From contig JBIIPZ010000056.1 in the NCBI GenBank assembly GCA_044342325.1, forward strand, positions 1 to 15,143: a stretch of DNA of 15,143 nucleotides. Direction: 5' to 3'. The notes beneath the pieces are model-generated. The model was not told the DNA's origin and searched no databases. It saw nothing but the letters and a program-made list of their open reading frames with translations. Below, one piece after another: positions 1 to 9,023 of this stretch (the stretch's first letter is position 1; every line of letters starts with the position of its first letter). The translations under genes and the position numbers were made by a program. The DNA comes from Terrimicrobiaceae bacterium (lineage in GTDB: Bacteria; Verrucomicrobiota; Verrucomicrobiia; Chthoniobacterales; Terrimicrobiaceae).

Positions 1-37
1 TCTGGGAGTGGTTCAGCGTTTTTCGTGATGGATATTT

Positions 38-62
38 GGGGCATGCGAGACGATGCCCCTCC
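38..62 (-). repeat. REP-like hairpin type A (GGA-GGGGCAT-CGTCTCGC-ATGCCCC); further copies at 255-279 and 470-494 (variant)
   Basis: Perfect 7-bp stem GGGGCAT/ATGCCCC with an 8-nt loop. The element starts with GGAG on the minus strand. Three copies are present. Confidence 0.7.
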
Positions 63-303
63 AAGCGGTCGGCCGCAGCGACTCGTGGGAGGGCCCATCC
101 TCCGGCATGGCCCAAGATTCAGCCGCGAAGCGGCGTCATGGAGATGGTGGGATTGGCAAAATCATTTTTCGGGGATCGTGCGGCGAGTTGGTCGCGGGGT
201 TTCTGAGCGGGGTGGTGTCTGGGAGTGGTTCAGCGTCTTTCGTGATGGATATTTGGGGCATGCGAGACGATGCCCCTCCAAGCGGTCGGCGCGCTGACTC
301 ATG

Positions 304-328
304 GGAGGGCCATCCTCCGGCATGGCCC
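304..328 (+). repeat. REP-like hairpin type B (GGA-GGGCCAT-CCTCCGGC-ATGGCCC); second copy at 88-113 with a 1-nt insertion
   Basis: 7-bp stem GGGCCAT/ATGGCCC with an 8-nt loop, starting with GGAG. It is homologous to type A but lies on the opposite strand. Confidence 0.7.
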
Positions 329-523
329 AATATTCAGCCGCGAAGCGGCGTCATGGAGATGGAGTGACTGGCAAAATCATTTTTCGGGGATCGTGCGGCG
401 AGTCGGTCGCGGGGTTTTTGAGCGGGGTGGTGTCTGGGAGTGGTTCAGCGCTTTCCGTGATGGATATTTGGGGCATGCGAGACGATGCCCATCCCGGGTT
501 GTGAATCGCGCTGCCGCGCGGAT

Positions 524-3004
524 TTAAAAAAGCGCCAGTTGGGCGTCGTCTGGGTCTGGGGTGAGGCGTTTGCGGGGGGATTTGGCCATGGTGGGTTGGC
601 CGGCGGCGTTGAGTTCGGATTTTTCGAGGTTTTCGAGGATTTCCTTGGCGCGGGTGATGATCGAGTCGGGGAGGCCGGCGAGGCGGGCGACTTGGATGCC
701 GTAGCTTTGGTCTGCGCGGCCGGGGAGGATTTTTCGCAGGAAGATGACTTGGTCGTTCCACTCGCGGACGGCGACATTGAGGTTTTGCACGCCGCTGCGG
801 GTGCGCTCGAGGTCGGTGAGTTCGTGGTAGTGGGTGGCGAAGAGGGCTCGGCAGCTGATTTTGTCGTGGAGGTATTCGGCAACGCTCCAGGCGATGGAGA
901 GGCCGTCGAAGGTGGATGTGCCGCGGCCGATTTCATCGAGGATGACGAGGCTGCGGTCCGTCGCGTTGTTCAGGATGTTCGCCGTTTCGTTCATTTCCAC
1001 CATGAAGGTCGATTGACCTCGTGAGAGGTCGTCATTGGCGCCGACGCGGGTGAAGATGCGGTCGGTGAGGCCGAGTCGCATGGATTTGGCGGGGACGAAA
1101 CTGCCTGTCTGAGCGAGGAGGGTGAGGAGGGCGACTTGGCGGATGTAGGTGGATTTTCCAGCCATGTTCGGGCCGGTGATGATAGCGAATTTTTTTCCAT
1201 CCGTGCCGAGGTTTGTGTCATTCGGAACAAAGCGCGAGCCTTCGGTTTGCTGATCCAGAACGGGGTGGCGTCCATCGCAGATTTCCAAAACATCCGAGTC
1301 ATTGATCTCCGGGCGGCAGTAGCCGTGGAGGCGTGCGGTTTCGGCGAGCGAGCAGATGGCGTCGAGGACGGCGAGTGTCGCGGCGGTTTCCTGTAGGTGG
1401 TGGATTTGGCTCAGGACTGCGCTGCGGAGTTCGGCGAAGATTTCGATCTCGCGGGCGCGGGCGCGTTCGTCCGCGCCGAGGATTTTGCCTTCAAATTCTT
1501 TGAGTTCGGGAGTGATGAACCGCTCGCCGTTGACGGTTGTTTGTTTGCGGATGTAGTCGGCTGGCACCGCGCCGAGGTTCGCTTTGGTGATTTCGATGAA
1601 GTAGCCAAAGACCGAGGTGAATCGGACCTTGAGGGATTTGATGCCGGTCCGCTCGATTTCCTTTTCCTGCAAGGCGGCGATCCAGTTTTTTCCCTCGTGC
1701 GAGGCGGAGCGGAGTTCGTCCAGGTCCGAGTCGTAGCCTGTCTCGATGAAGCCGCCGTCACGAATGACTGCGGGCGGCTCGGCGACGATGGCGCGGCGAA
1801 GGGTTTCACTGAGCTCAGGAAGCGCATGGAGGCGTGCTGTGAGCCCCGAGAGTAGGGTGGAGGGAATGGTGAATCCATGAAGCCCTCCAAGGCTGGCTGC
1901 GAGGGGTGGAATACGGTCGAGGGACTGCGCCAAGGCTGAGAGGTCGCGTGCATTGCCGGAGGGGCCGCTTAGCCGCGCCGTGGCGCGCTCGATGTCGCGT
2001 ATATCTGCGAGGCGACTGCGGAGGTCGCCGAGGAGCATGGCGTCATCAAGGAGGGCGGCAATGGCATCCTGCCGCTTTTCAATTTCAGCGGCATCTTTGA
2101 GCGGATGGAGAATCCAGTCGCGCAGGAGGCGAGCGCCCATGGGCGTTGCGGTGCGATCGAGTGCGCCAAGGAGTGTCATTCCACGGCCGGCGCGGGATTG
2201 GACCAGCTCAAGGTGGCTTTGCGTGGCGGCATCCAGAATGAGAAACTCGCTGCGGCGGTAAGGTTGGAGTTGCTTCAGGTGTCCCGCTGGGCGGCGCATC
2301 TGGCGGGTAATGTAATGCAGCAGAGCACCGGCAGCGCCTGTTCCCGCCGGTAGGTCGGCGCAACCGAATCCATCGAGGGAGTGAACCTTGAAATGAGCGC
2401 GCAGCAATTCGCTGGCTGGCTCGAACTCGAAAACATATCCATCCACCGGGGCCTGTGGCGTCACTTGTTTGAAGGCATCCGTTTGGTGATCCGGTATGAG
2501 AATTTCCGCAGGGGAGACGCGGGCGAGTTCATCGAGGAGCGCCGAGAGCGAGTCGAGTTCGGTGAGGCGGAATTCGCCTGTGCTCAGGTCGCAGTAGGCG
2601 AGGCCATGGATGTCACCCCGTTTGTTGAGGGCGGCGATGAAATTGGGTTTCCGGTCATCGAGACCGAAGTCGTCGAGGGTGCCGGGGCTCAGAACCTGCG
2701 AAATCTCGCGCCGAACGAGTTTGCCAGCTGTGACCTCGCCAACCTGATCGCAGATTGCCACGCGCCAGCCGGCTGCGATCAGTTTTTCGATATAGTTTCT
2801 CGCGGCATGGTAGGGGACGCCGCACATCGGAGTCGTGCCGCGTTTCGTGAGGGCCACATTTAAAACACGCGAGGCCTCTGTCGCATCCTCGCCGAACATT
2901 TCGTAAAAGTCCCCGAGGCGGAAAAGCAGCAGCGTGCCCGTGGGCAATTCCCGCCGGAGGGCGTGGTATTGCTGCATCATGGGCGTGAGCGTTTCGGATG
3001 ACAT
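524..3004 (-). CDS. mutS: DNA mismatch repair protein MutS (MutS1), 826 aa
   Basis: N-terminal TPMMQQY; mismatch-binding FRLGDFYEMF (Phe-X-Glu); Walker A TGPNMAGKST; GQSTFMVEM; Walker B LVILDEIGRGTST; FATHYHEL; SYGIQVARLAGLP; C-terminal QLALF beta-clamp-type motif. Confidence 0.99.
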   Translation of the reverse strand: MSSETLTPMMQQYHALRRELPTGTLLLFRLGDFYEMFGEDATEASRVLNVALTKRGTTPMCGVPYHAARNYIEKLIAAGWRVAICDQVGEVTAGKLVRREISQVLSPGTLDDFGLDDRKPNFIAALNKRGDIHGLAYCDLSTGEFRLTELDSLSALLDELARVSPAEILIPDHQTDAFKQVTPQAPVDGYVFEFEPASELLRAHFKVHSLDGFGCADLPAGTGAAGALLHYITRQMRRPAGHLKQLQPYRRSEFLILDAATQSHLELVQSRAGRGMTLLGALDRTATPMGARLLRDWILHPLKDAAEIEKRQDAIAALLDDAMLLGDLRSRLADIRDIERATARLSGPSGNARDLSALAQSLDRIPPLAASLGGLHGFTIPSTLLSGLTARLHALPELSETLRRAIVAEPPAVIRDGGFIETGYDSDLDELRSASHEGKNWIAALQEKEIERTGIKSLKVRFTSVFGYFIEITKANLGAVPADYIRKQTTVNGERFITPELKEFEGKILGADERARAREIEIFAELRSAVLSQIHHLQETAATLAVLDAICSLAETARLHGYCRPEINDSDVLEICDGRHPVLDQQTEGSRFVPNDTNLGTDGKKFAIITGPNMAGKSTYIRQVALLTLLAQTGSFVPAKSMRLGLTDRIFTRVGANDDLSRGQSTFMVEMNETANILNNATDRSLVILDEIGRGTSTFDGLSIAWSVAEYLHDKISCRALFATHYHELTDLERTRSGVQNLNVAVREWNDQVIFLRKILPGRADQSYGIQVARLAGLPDSIITRAKEILENLEKSELNAAGQPTMAKSPRKRLTPDPDDAQLALF

Positions 3005-3028
3005 CGGGTTTATAGGCAGGAAATTTTA

Positions 3029-3056
3029 GACAGAATTTACAGAATTAATAGAATGG
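3029..3056. repeat. Three imperfect 9-bp direct repeats (ACAGAATTT-ACAGAATTA-ATAGAATGG) in the AT-rich uvrA-mutS intergenic region
   Basis: Read directly at 3030-3038, 3039-3047 and 3048-3056. Confidence 0.75.
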
Positions 3057-3105
3057 GTGAATCCCATATGTAGACTGTTTGCACTGGCGCCGAAAGAGCA
3101 GTGCT

Positions 3106-6100
3106 TCAGGCCTTGGATTTTTTTGTCGTCTGAATGCCCAGCATTTTTTTGAGGAACGGGGCGGTGCAGCTGCCTTTGGCGAGGGCGACTTTTTCGGGGG
3201 TGCCTTCGGCGATGATTTTTCCGCCTTGGGCGCCTGCTTCGGGGCCGATGTCGAGGATATGGTCTGCTTCGGCGATGACATCGAGGTGGTGCTCGATGAC
3301 GACAACGGTGCCGCCTTCGTCAACGAGGCGGTGGAGGACATGGATCAGTTGGGCGACATCGTGGGCGTGGAGTCCAATGGTCGGCTCCTCGAGCACATAG
3401 AGAGTGGATTTTCCCTTGCGGGTGGTGCGAATTTCCTCCGCTCCGGGTGTGGCGCGGCGGGCGAGTTGGGTGACGAGCTTGATGCGCTGGGCTTCGCCGC
3501 CGCTGAGTGTGGGGCTGGGCTGTCCGAGCTTGAGGTAGCCGAGTCCGGTTTCCTGCAGAAGGGCGAGGGGGCGGTGGATTTTCGGGTGCGAGCTGAAGAA
3601 TTCGACGGCTTGCTCGATCGTCATGTCCATGACATCGCCGATGGATTTTCCGTTGTAGAGAATCTCGAGCGTGGAGGGGTTGTAGCGTCGTCCGTTGCAG
3701 TCCTGACAGGGCATGTAGGACGGCGGGAGGAAGTTCATCTCCAGCTTGATGACGCCTTGGCCGAGGCAGGCTTCGCAACGTCCACCCTCGTTGTTGAAGG
3801 AGAACCGGCTGGCTGTGTAGCCGCGCATGCGGGCTGCGGGGAGGGTGGAGAAAACTTTGCGGATTTCGTCGAAGACCTTCACATAGGTCGCCGGTGTGGA
3901 GCGGGAGGTTTTGCCGATGGGCGACTGATCGACTTCGAGCACGGCGCCGAGAGGTTCGAAGCCGGAAATGCCTTTGTGGAGGTCCGAGTGGAGCGGGGCG
4001 CGTTTGCGGGCGAGGACATCGCGGACGGCTGGAACGACGATTCCCCGGATGAGCGTGCTTTTTCCCGAGCCTGAGACGCCTGTGAGGACGCTGAGGCGGT
4101 GGAGTGGGATGCTCACATTCTCGTTTTTGATGTTGTGGAGGTGGGCGCCTTTGAGTTCGAGCCACTCGGTTGGTGCGGGGCGGCGTTTGCCACGGATCGG
4201 GTGCTGCATCGGCTCGCGGAGGGCGCGGCCGGTATGCGAGGTCGGGTGGTCGAGGATTTCCTGCAGTGTGCCGGAGGCGATGACTTCGCCGCCACGGCTG
4301 CCGGCGCCTGGGCCGAGGTCGAGGATCCGGTCGGCACGGCGCATGGTCTCTTCGTCATGCTCGACGACGACGAGAGAGTTTCCTTTTTTGGCCAAGGCCT
4401 GGAGGGCGTCGAGAAGGCGTTCGTTGTCGCGTGGGTGGAGTCCGATGGTCGGTTCATCGAGGACATACAGGACGCCGCGCAGATTGGAACCGAGTTGGGC
4501 GGCGAGGCGGATGCGCTGGGACTCGCCACCGGAGAGAGTTTTGGCGCTGCGATCGAGGGAGAGGTAGTCGAGTCCGACCTTGGCGAGGAATTCGAGGCGC
4601 TGGCGGATTTCGGTGATCACATCGCGAGCGACCTCCGCAGCGGGGCCTTGGAAATTCAGTGAGTCGCAAAGCGAGAGGGCATCGGATGCCGGAGAGCGGG
4701 TGAAGTCGGCAATGGATGTCTTTTGGATTCGGACATGCGTGGCCGTTTCATTGAGGCGTGTGCCTTTGCAAATCGGGCAGGGTCGGGGTTCATCGTCCTC
4801 GAGGCCTTCGTGACGGCGCTCCTCGTCGAGTTCGGCTTCGATGGCGGTTTCGAATTCGCCTTCCTGACCGAGCCCCTTCCAGACCTCGCCGAATCCCCGG
4901 CAGTGGTTGCACCAGCCGTGTGGGGAGTTGAAGGAGAATAGGCGCGGGTCGAGTGGCTCGAAGGCGCGGCTGCACGACGGGCAGTTCATCTCGGTGCTGA
5001 GGATGGTCGATTTGCCCTTCGCGTCTTCCATACGGGCGGTGCCTTTGCCCATGCGGAGTGCCTTGCGCACGAGTTCGTCGGATTTTTTTGCGTCAGGGGC
5101 CGAGAGTTCCCCGATGAGTGCGTCGATCGTGTGTTCCTTGAAGCGTTCGAGCTTTTCGAACCCCTCCACAGCAGTCGGTTTGCCGTCCACGATGAGGGTG
5201 ATGATGCCTTGACGGCCGGCGGCGCGGGCGACATCCGTGTGGAAGCCTTTGCGGCCTTTGACGAGGTTAGCAAAAATTTTGACCGGGCCTTTGGCTGCGT
5301 GGGCATCCACCTCGGCGGCGATTGCTGTCGGCGTGCGATTTTCCACGGCGACATTGCACGATGGGCAGAATTGGGTGCCGAGTTTTGAAAAGAGGAGGCG
5401 CAGGAAGTGGTAGATCTCGGTGACGGTGGCCACGGTGGATTTTCCGCCGCCGCGAGTGATGCGTTGCTCAATCGCCACGCTTGGTGGGAGGCCTTCGATC
5501 GAATCGACATCCGGCTTTTCAAGCTGATCCACGAACTGGCGGGCGTAGGCGGACATGCTGTCGAGGAAGCGGCGCTGGCCCTCGGCGAAGAGGATGTCGA
5601 AGGCGAGTGTCGATTTGCCCGAGCCGCTGAGGCCTGTGACGACGACCATGCCGTCGCGCGGGATATCCACATCGATATTTTTTAAATTGTGTTCGCGGGC
5701 ACCTCGCACAGTTATGAAGCGGGACGGCGGGGTCTTCGGGCGGGGGCGGGCGGGTTGCTCGTGCAGGTGCGCACCGCGCTCGGCGAGGACGGGTTCGAGA
5801 AATTGTCCGGTGAGGGATTCGGGGACGGTTATGATCTGCTCTGGAGTTCCAGCCGCAACGATCTGGCCACCTTCATCGCCGCCTTCGGGGCCGAGGTCGA
5901 TGACCCAATCCGCACATTTGATGACTTCCAAGTTGTGCTCGATGACGATGACGCTGTTGCCTTCCTCAACGAGGCGGTGGAAGACTTTGATGAGAAGCGC
6001 GACATCGTCGAAGTGCAGGCCTGTCGTCGGCTCGTCAAAAATCAGGAGCGCCTTCTCGCGGGATTGGCGGATCAGGTGGTGGACGAGCTTGAGGCGCTGG

Positions 6101-8574
6101 GATTCGCCGCCGGAGAGGGCGTTGACCGGCTGGCCGAGGCGGAGGTAGTCGAGGCCCACCTCGCCGAGAAGCTCCAGCGGGGTGGTGATTTTTTTCTTGG
6201 GATCGAGGGGTTTGAAAAATGTGATCGCCTCGGCGGCGGTCATTTCCAGAACCTCGTGGATGGATTTTCCGCCGACTTGGATTTTGAGAAGAGGCGCGCG
6301 GAAACGGGTTCCATCGCATTCCGGACAGCGCAGGAAGAGGTCGCTGAGGAATTGCATTTCCACCTTTTCAAAGCCGAGTCCGCTGCATCGGTCGCAGCGG
6401 CCGTTGCCGGAGTTGAAGGAAAAGCTGGAGGCTGTGAAGCCTGCGGCCTCAGCGGCCGACGTGTCGGCGAAGAGATCGCGGATGTGCTCGTAAACGCCCA
6501 GATAAACGGCAGGAGTCGAGCGGGGAGTCTTCGCAAGTGGCGATTGGTCCACCATGACGACTTCGTCCACCTCTTCGTCACCGCTGATGGATTTCACAAA
6601 CCCTGCGGCCTCATCCTCCGTGGGGTCCTCGCCGACGAGTTGCCGGTGGAGGACATCGCGCACGAGCGAGGTTTTTCCGGAGCCGGAAACGCCTGTTACA
6701 GCGCAGAGCACGCCAAGCGGGAACTTGGCAGTGAGGTTCTTGATGTTGTGGTGGGTGACGCCTTTGAGCACGACGTGGCCTTCAGCTTTGCGGCGTTTTT
6801 TCGGAACGGGGATGGACTTTTTGCCTTGGAGGTAATCGGCTGTGAGGGAGTTTTTTGCTGATGCAAAATTCTCTGCCGGGCCGCAGTAGAGGAGCTTGCC
6901 GCCGGAAATACCACGGCCAGGGCCGATATCCACCAACTCGTCGGCGGCGCGGATCACCGCTTCTTCGTGTTCGACAACAAGAAGCGTGTTTCCTTTGTCA
7001 CGAAGACCTTGCATGATCTCGATGAGTCGGGAGGTGTCGCGCGGGTGGAGGCCGACGCTGGGTTCGTCGAGGACGAAAAGGGTATTGACGAGGGATGCTC
7101 CGAGGCAGGTCGTGAGGTTGACGCGTTGGATTTCGCCGCCCGAGAGCGAGCGGGTGGGGCGGTCGAGCGTGAGGTAGCCGAGGCCTATATTGCAGAGGTA
7201 GTTGACGCGGGAAACGACTTGCTGATGAACAAGGCGCGCGCTGGTATCCGATGCTGGCAGTTCGAACGACTCAAGAATCGGCGCAAGGCGCTTGAGCGGA
7301 AGTGCGGCGACATCAGCGATCGTTAGGCCGGGAGGGTCGATGCGGAAATTCAGCGTATCCGGTTGGAAGCGTCCGCCGTGGCATTTCGGGCAAGGCTGGT
7401 AACTGCGGTAGCGCGAAAGCAGCACACGGATGTGCATTTTGTAGGATTTGCTTTCAAGCCATTGAAAATAGCCATCGACTCCATACCAGTCTCCTGATTC
7501 CCAAGCCTGGCGCGAATCGACATCCGGGTCTCCATGAATGACAAAATCCTGATCCGCCTTGGAAAGTCGCTCGAAGGAACGAACGGTATCGATGCCGCGT
7601 TTGCGGCAGTGACGGATAAGATCATCTTGGCATTCAGCGGATTGTCCGCTCTGAAATGCGCGGACGACTCCCTCGGAGATGGACAGTGAGCGATCCGGAA
7701 TAACGCGCTGCATGTCAATGCCAATGATGCGGCCGAACCCTTTGCACTCAGGGCAGGCGCCCAGCGGGGAATTAAAAGAGAAGAGGCCAGGCGATGGCGG
7801 GCGGATATCGATGTCGCAGGAGGAGCAATGCCATCCCGCTGTGTGGGAGTAGGATGATCCGGATTCGGCATCAATAACGGTCAATCGGTCATTGCCGAGG
7901 CGGAGGGCGTTTTCGATGCCCTCGGAGAGGCGGCCATGGGCGGTATTTTCGAGGTCGATGCGGTCTTGGATGACCAACACGCTCTCGGGGAGTTTACGGA
8001 GCTCGGGAGCCTCGTCGGTTCGGTGGATTTTGCCCTTGATCCAGATGCGCAGATAGGCCTGCTGGGCAAGAAAATCGAAAAAATCTTTTGGCGCTGTGTT
8101 TTCTGGAACCTTGACGCTGAAGGCTAGGAAAACCGTCTTGCCAGCGCAGTCGGCGAGAATCTGGCGGAGAATGGACTGGGGAGTTCCCTGAGCCACTTCC
8201 CGCGAGCACTTTGGGCAGAAGCCCTTGGCGACGCGCGGGAAGAGGAGTTTCAGGTAATCATTGATTTCCGTGATCGTGCCGACCGTTGACCGCGTGGTGC
8301 GGACATTATTGGCCTGCTCGATCGCGATGGCGGGCGGAATTCCTTCAATGCTATCGGCGAGTGGTTTATCCATTCGCTCGAGGAACTGGCGCGTGTAGGG
8401 ACTGAATGTCTCCACATAGCGCCTTTGTCCCTCGGCATAAATGGTGTCGAAGGCGAGGCTTGACTTGCCACTGCCGCTTGGGCCGGTAACGACGATGAGC
8501 CTGCCAAGAGGCAGTTCGAGGTCAACACCTTGAAGGTTGTTTTGCTTGGCTCCGCGGAGCCGTATGAATTCCAC
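3106..8574 (-). CDS. uvrA: Excinuclease ABC subunit A, double-length (two fused UvrA units, four ABC NBDs), 1822 aa, GTG start
   Basis: Two UvrA N-terminal motifs ([11 protein letters not shown]...[21 protein letters not shown]...[10 protein letters not shown]). Four Walker A motifs ([36 protein letters not shown]), four LSGGE signatures and repeated CxxC zinc ligands. Confidence 0.98.
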   Translation of the reverse strand: MEFIRLRGAKQNNLQGVDLELPLGRLIVVTGPSGSGKSSLAFDTIYAEGQRRYVETFSPYTRQFLERMDKPLADSIEGIPPAIAIEQANNVRTTRSTVGTITEINDYLKLLFPRVAKGFCPKCSREVAQGTPQSILRQILADCAGKTVFLAFSVKVPENTAPKDFFDFLAQQAYLRIWIKGKIHRTDEAPELRKLPESVLVIQDRIDLENTAHGRLSEGIENALRLGNDRLTVIDAESGSSYSHTAGWHCSSCDIDIRPPSPGLFSFNSPLGACPECKGFGRIIGIDMQRVIPDRSLSISEGVVRAFQSGQSAECQDDLIRHCRKRGIDTVRSFERLSKADQDFVIHGDPDVDSRQAWESGDWYGVDGYFQWLESKSYKMHIRVLLSRYRSYQPCPKCHGGRFQPDTLNFRIDPPGLTIADVAALPLKRLAPILESFELPASDTSARLVHQQVVSRVNYLCNIGLGYLTLDRPTRSLSGGEIQRVNLTTCLGASLVNTLFVLDEPSVGLHPRDTSRLIEIMQGLRDKGNTLLVVEHEEAVIRAADELVDIGPGRGISGGKLLYCGPAENFASAKNSLTADYLQGKKSIPVPKKRRKAEGHVVLKGVTHHNIKNLTAKFPLGVLCAVTGVSGSGKTSLVRDVLHRQLVGEDPTEDEAAGFVKSISGDEEVDEVVMVDQSPLAKTPRSTPAVYLGVYEHIRDLFADTSAAEAAGFTASSFSFNSGNGRCDRCSGLGFEKVEMQFLSDLFLRCPECDGTRFRAPLLKIQVGGKSIHEVLEMTAAEAITFFKPLDPKKKITTPLELLGEVGLDYLRLGQPVNALSGGESQRLKLVHHLIRQSREKALLIFDEPTTGLHFDDVALLIKVFHRLVEEGNSVIVIEHNLEVIKCADWVIDLGPEGGDEGGQIVAAGTPEQIITVPESLTGQFLEPVLAERGAHLHEQPARPRPKTPPSRFITVRGAREHNLKNIDVDIPRDGMVVVTGLSGSGKSTLAFDILFAEGQRRFLDSMSAYARQFVDQLEKPDVDSIEGLPPSVAIEQRITRGGGKSTVATVTEIYHFLRLLFSKLGTQFCPSCNVAVENRTPTAIAAEVDAHAAKGPVKIFANLVKGRKGFHTDVARAAGRQGIITLIVDGKPTAVEGFEKLERFKEHTIDALIGELSAPDAKKSDELVRKALRMGKGTARMEDAKGKSTILSTEMNCPSCSRAFEPLDPRLFSFNSPHGWCNHCRGFGEVWKGLGQEGEFETAIEAELDEERRHEGLEDDEPRPCPICKGTRLNETATHVRIQKTSIADFTRSPASDALSLCDSLNFQGPAAEVARDVITEIRQRLEFLAKVGLDYLSLDRSAKTLSGGESQRIRLAAQLGSNLRGVLYVLDEPTIGLHPRDNERLLDALQALAKKGNSLVVVEHDEETMRRADRILDLGPGAGSRGGEVIASGTLQEILDHPTSHTGRALREPMQHPIRGKRRPAPTEWLELKGAHLHNIKNENVSIPLHRLSVLTGVSGSGKSTLIRGIVVPAVRDVLARKRAPLHSDLHKGISGFEPLGAVLEVDQSPIGKTSRSTPATYVKVFDEIRKVFSTLPAARMRGYTASRFSFNNEGGRCEACLGQGVIKLEMNFLPPSYMPCQDCNGRRYNPSTLEILYNGKSIGDVMDMTIEQAVEFFSSHPKIHRPLALLQETGLGYLKLGQPSPTLSGGEAQRIKLVTQLARRATPGAEEIRTTRKGKSTLYVLEEPTIGLHAHDVAQLIHVLHRLVDEGGTVVVIEHHLDVIAEADHILDIGPEAGAQGGKIIAEGTPEKVALAKGSCTAPFLKKMLGIQTTKKSKA

Positions 8575-8595
8575 CCGTGGAAATCTACTGGATTC

Positions 8596-8919
8596 TTAGG
8601 CGGTTTGATTGCCGCCGCGCAGTTCTTCGGTGCGGAGAAGCACGCGCTGGCGCATGATTTTTCCGGACTTGAACTTAACGGTTGCGCGCGCAGGGATGAC
8701 GACATCGTGCTCGGGCTTGTTCGGATTGCGACCCACGCGAGATTTGGTGAGGCGGACTTCGAAAACGCCGAAGTTGCGGAGCTCAACGTCGCGACCAGTC
8801 GAGAGGGCGTCAGTGATGCCATCCAATGTGAGCTGGATAACGCTGAATACTTCCTGCTGAGTGAGTCCTGTTTTTTTGCTGATCTGCATTACCAGATCAC
8901 GTTTTGTGAGGTTGGCCAT
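8596..8919 (-). CDS. HU/IHF family DNA-binding protein, 107 aa
   Basis: LTKRDLV...VELRNFGVFEVR...RVGRNPNKP...VIPARATVKFKSGK matches the HU/IHF (Bac_DNA_binding) signature. The HU versus IHF subtype cannot be resolved by eye. Confidence 0.96.
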   Translation of the reverse strand: MANLTKRDLVMQISKKTGLTQQEVFSVIQLTLDGITDALSTGRDVELRNFGVFEVRLTKSRVGRNPNKPEHDVVIPARATVKFKSGKIMRQRVLLRTEELRGGNQTA

Positions 8920-8947
8920 ATTGGTTAGTGTGTTGGTTGAGGGGCGG

Positions 8948-8975
8948 AAACTAGTCGGTTACGGCAACAATGCAA
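8948..8975 (-). promoter_or_regulatory. Putative sigma70-type promoter for the HU/IHF gene
   Basis: Minus strand reads TTGCAT-N16-TAGTTT, followed by a short A/C-rich leader without a Shine-Dalgarno sequence before the ATG at 8919. Confidence 0.5.
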
Positions 8976-9023
8976 TCCTTTTATCACAACAATTTCAGGT
9001 GATTCGCATTTGCGTGGAAATGC

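Larger units (their letters stand above)
1..494. repeat. Tandem array of ~216-bp non-coding units (1-217, 218-432, partial 433-494), REP/BIME/REPIN-like; truncated by the window edge
   Basis: TCTGGGAGTGGTTCAGCG recurs at 1, 218 and 433 (periods 217 and 215). Copies 1 and 2 differ at roughly a dozen positions by manual alignment, including single-base indels. Each full unit contains two related 7-bp-stem hairpins in opposite orientation plus a GCCGC-GAA-GCGGC hairpin. Confidence 0.93.

Noticed and set aside
1..494. CRISPR array
   Set aside because: The sequences between the hairpins are near-identical between units rather than unique spacers, the period is ~216 bp, and no cas genes are in the window.
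25..527. Short ORFs within the repeat (25-297, 53-367, 136-330, 270-527, 301-504)
   Set aside because: Unit lengths of 217 and 215 shift the frame between copies, the same peptides recur in different frames, and no domain is recognisable.
3081..3104. Canonical intrinsic terminator after uvrA
   Set aside because: A 6-bp stem is present, but the loop is 12 nt and there is no U-tract on the coding strand, so it was not called as a terminator.
3106..8574. Two separate uvrA genes, a frameshift, or an assembly duplication
   Set aside because: It is one continuous ORF with a short linker, and the two halves are highly diverged in sequence.
8575..8700. LexA/SOS box upstream of uvrA
   Set aside because: No CTGT-N8-ACAG, GAAC-N4-GTTC or TGTTC-N4-GAACA match was seen by eye.
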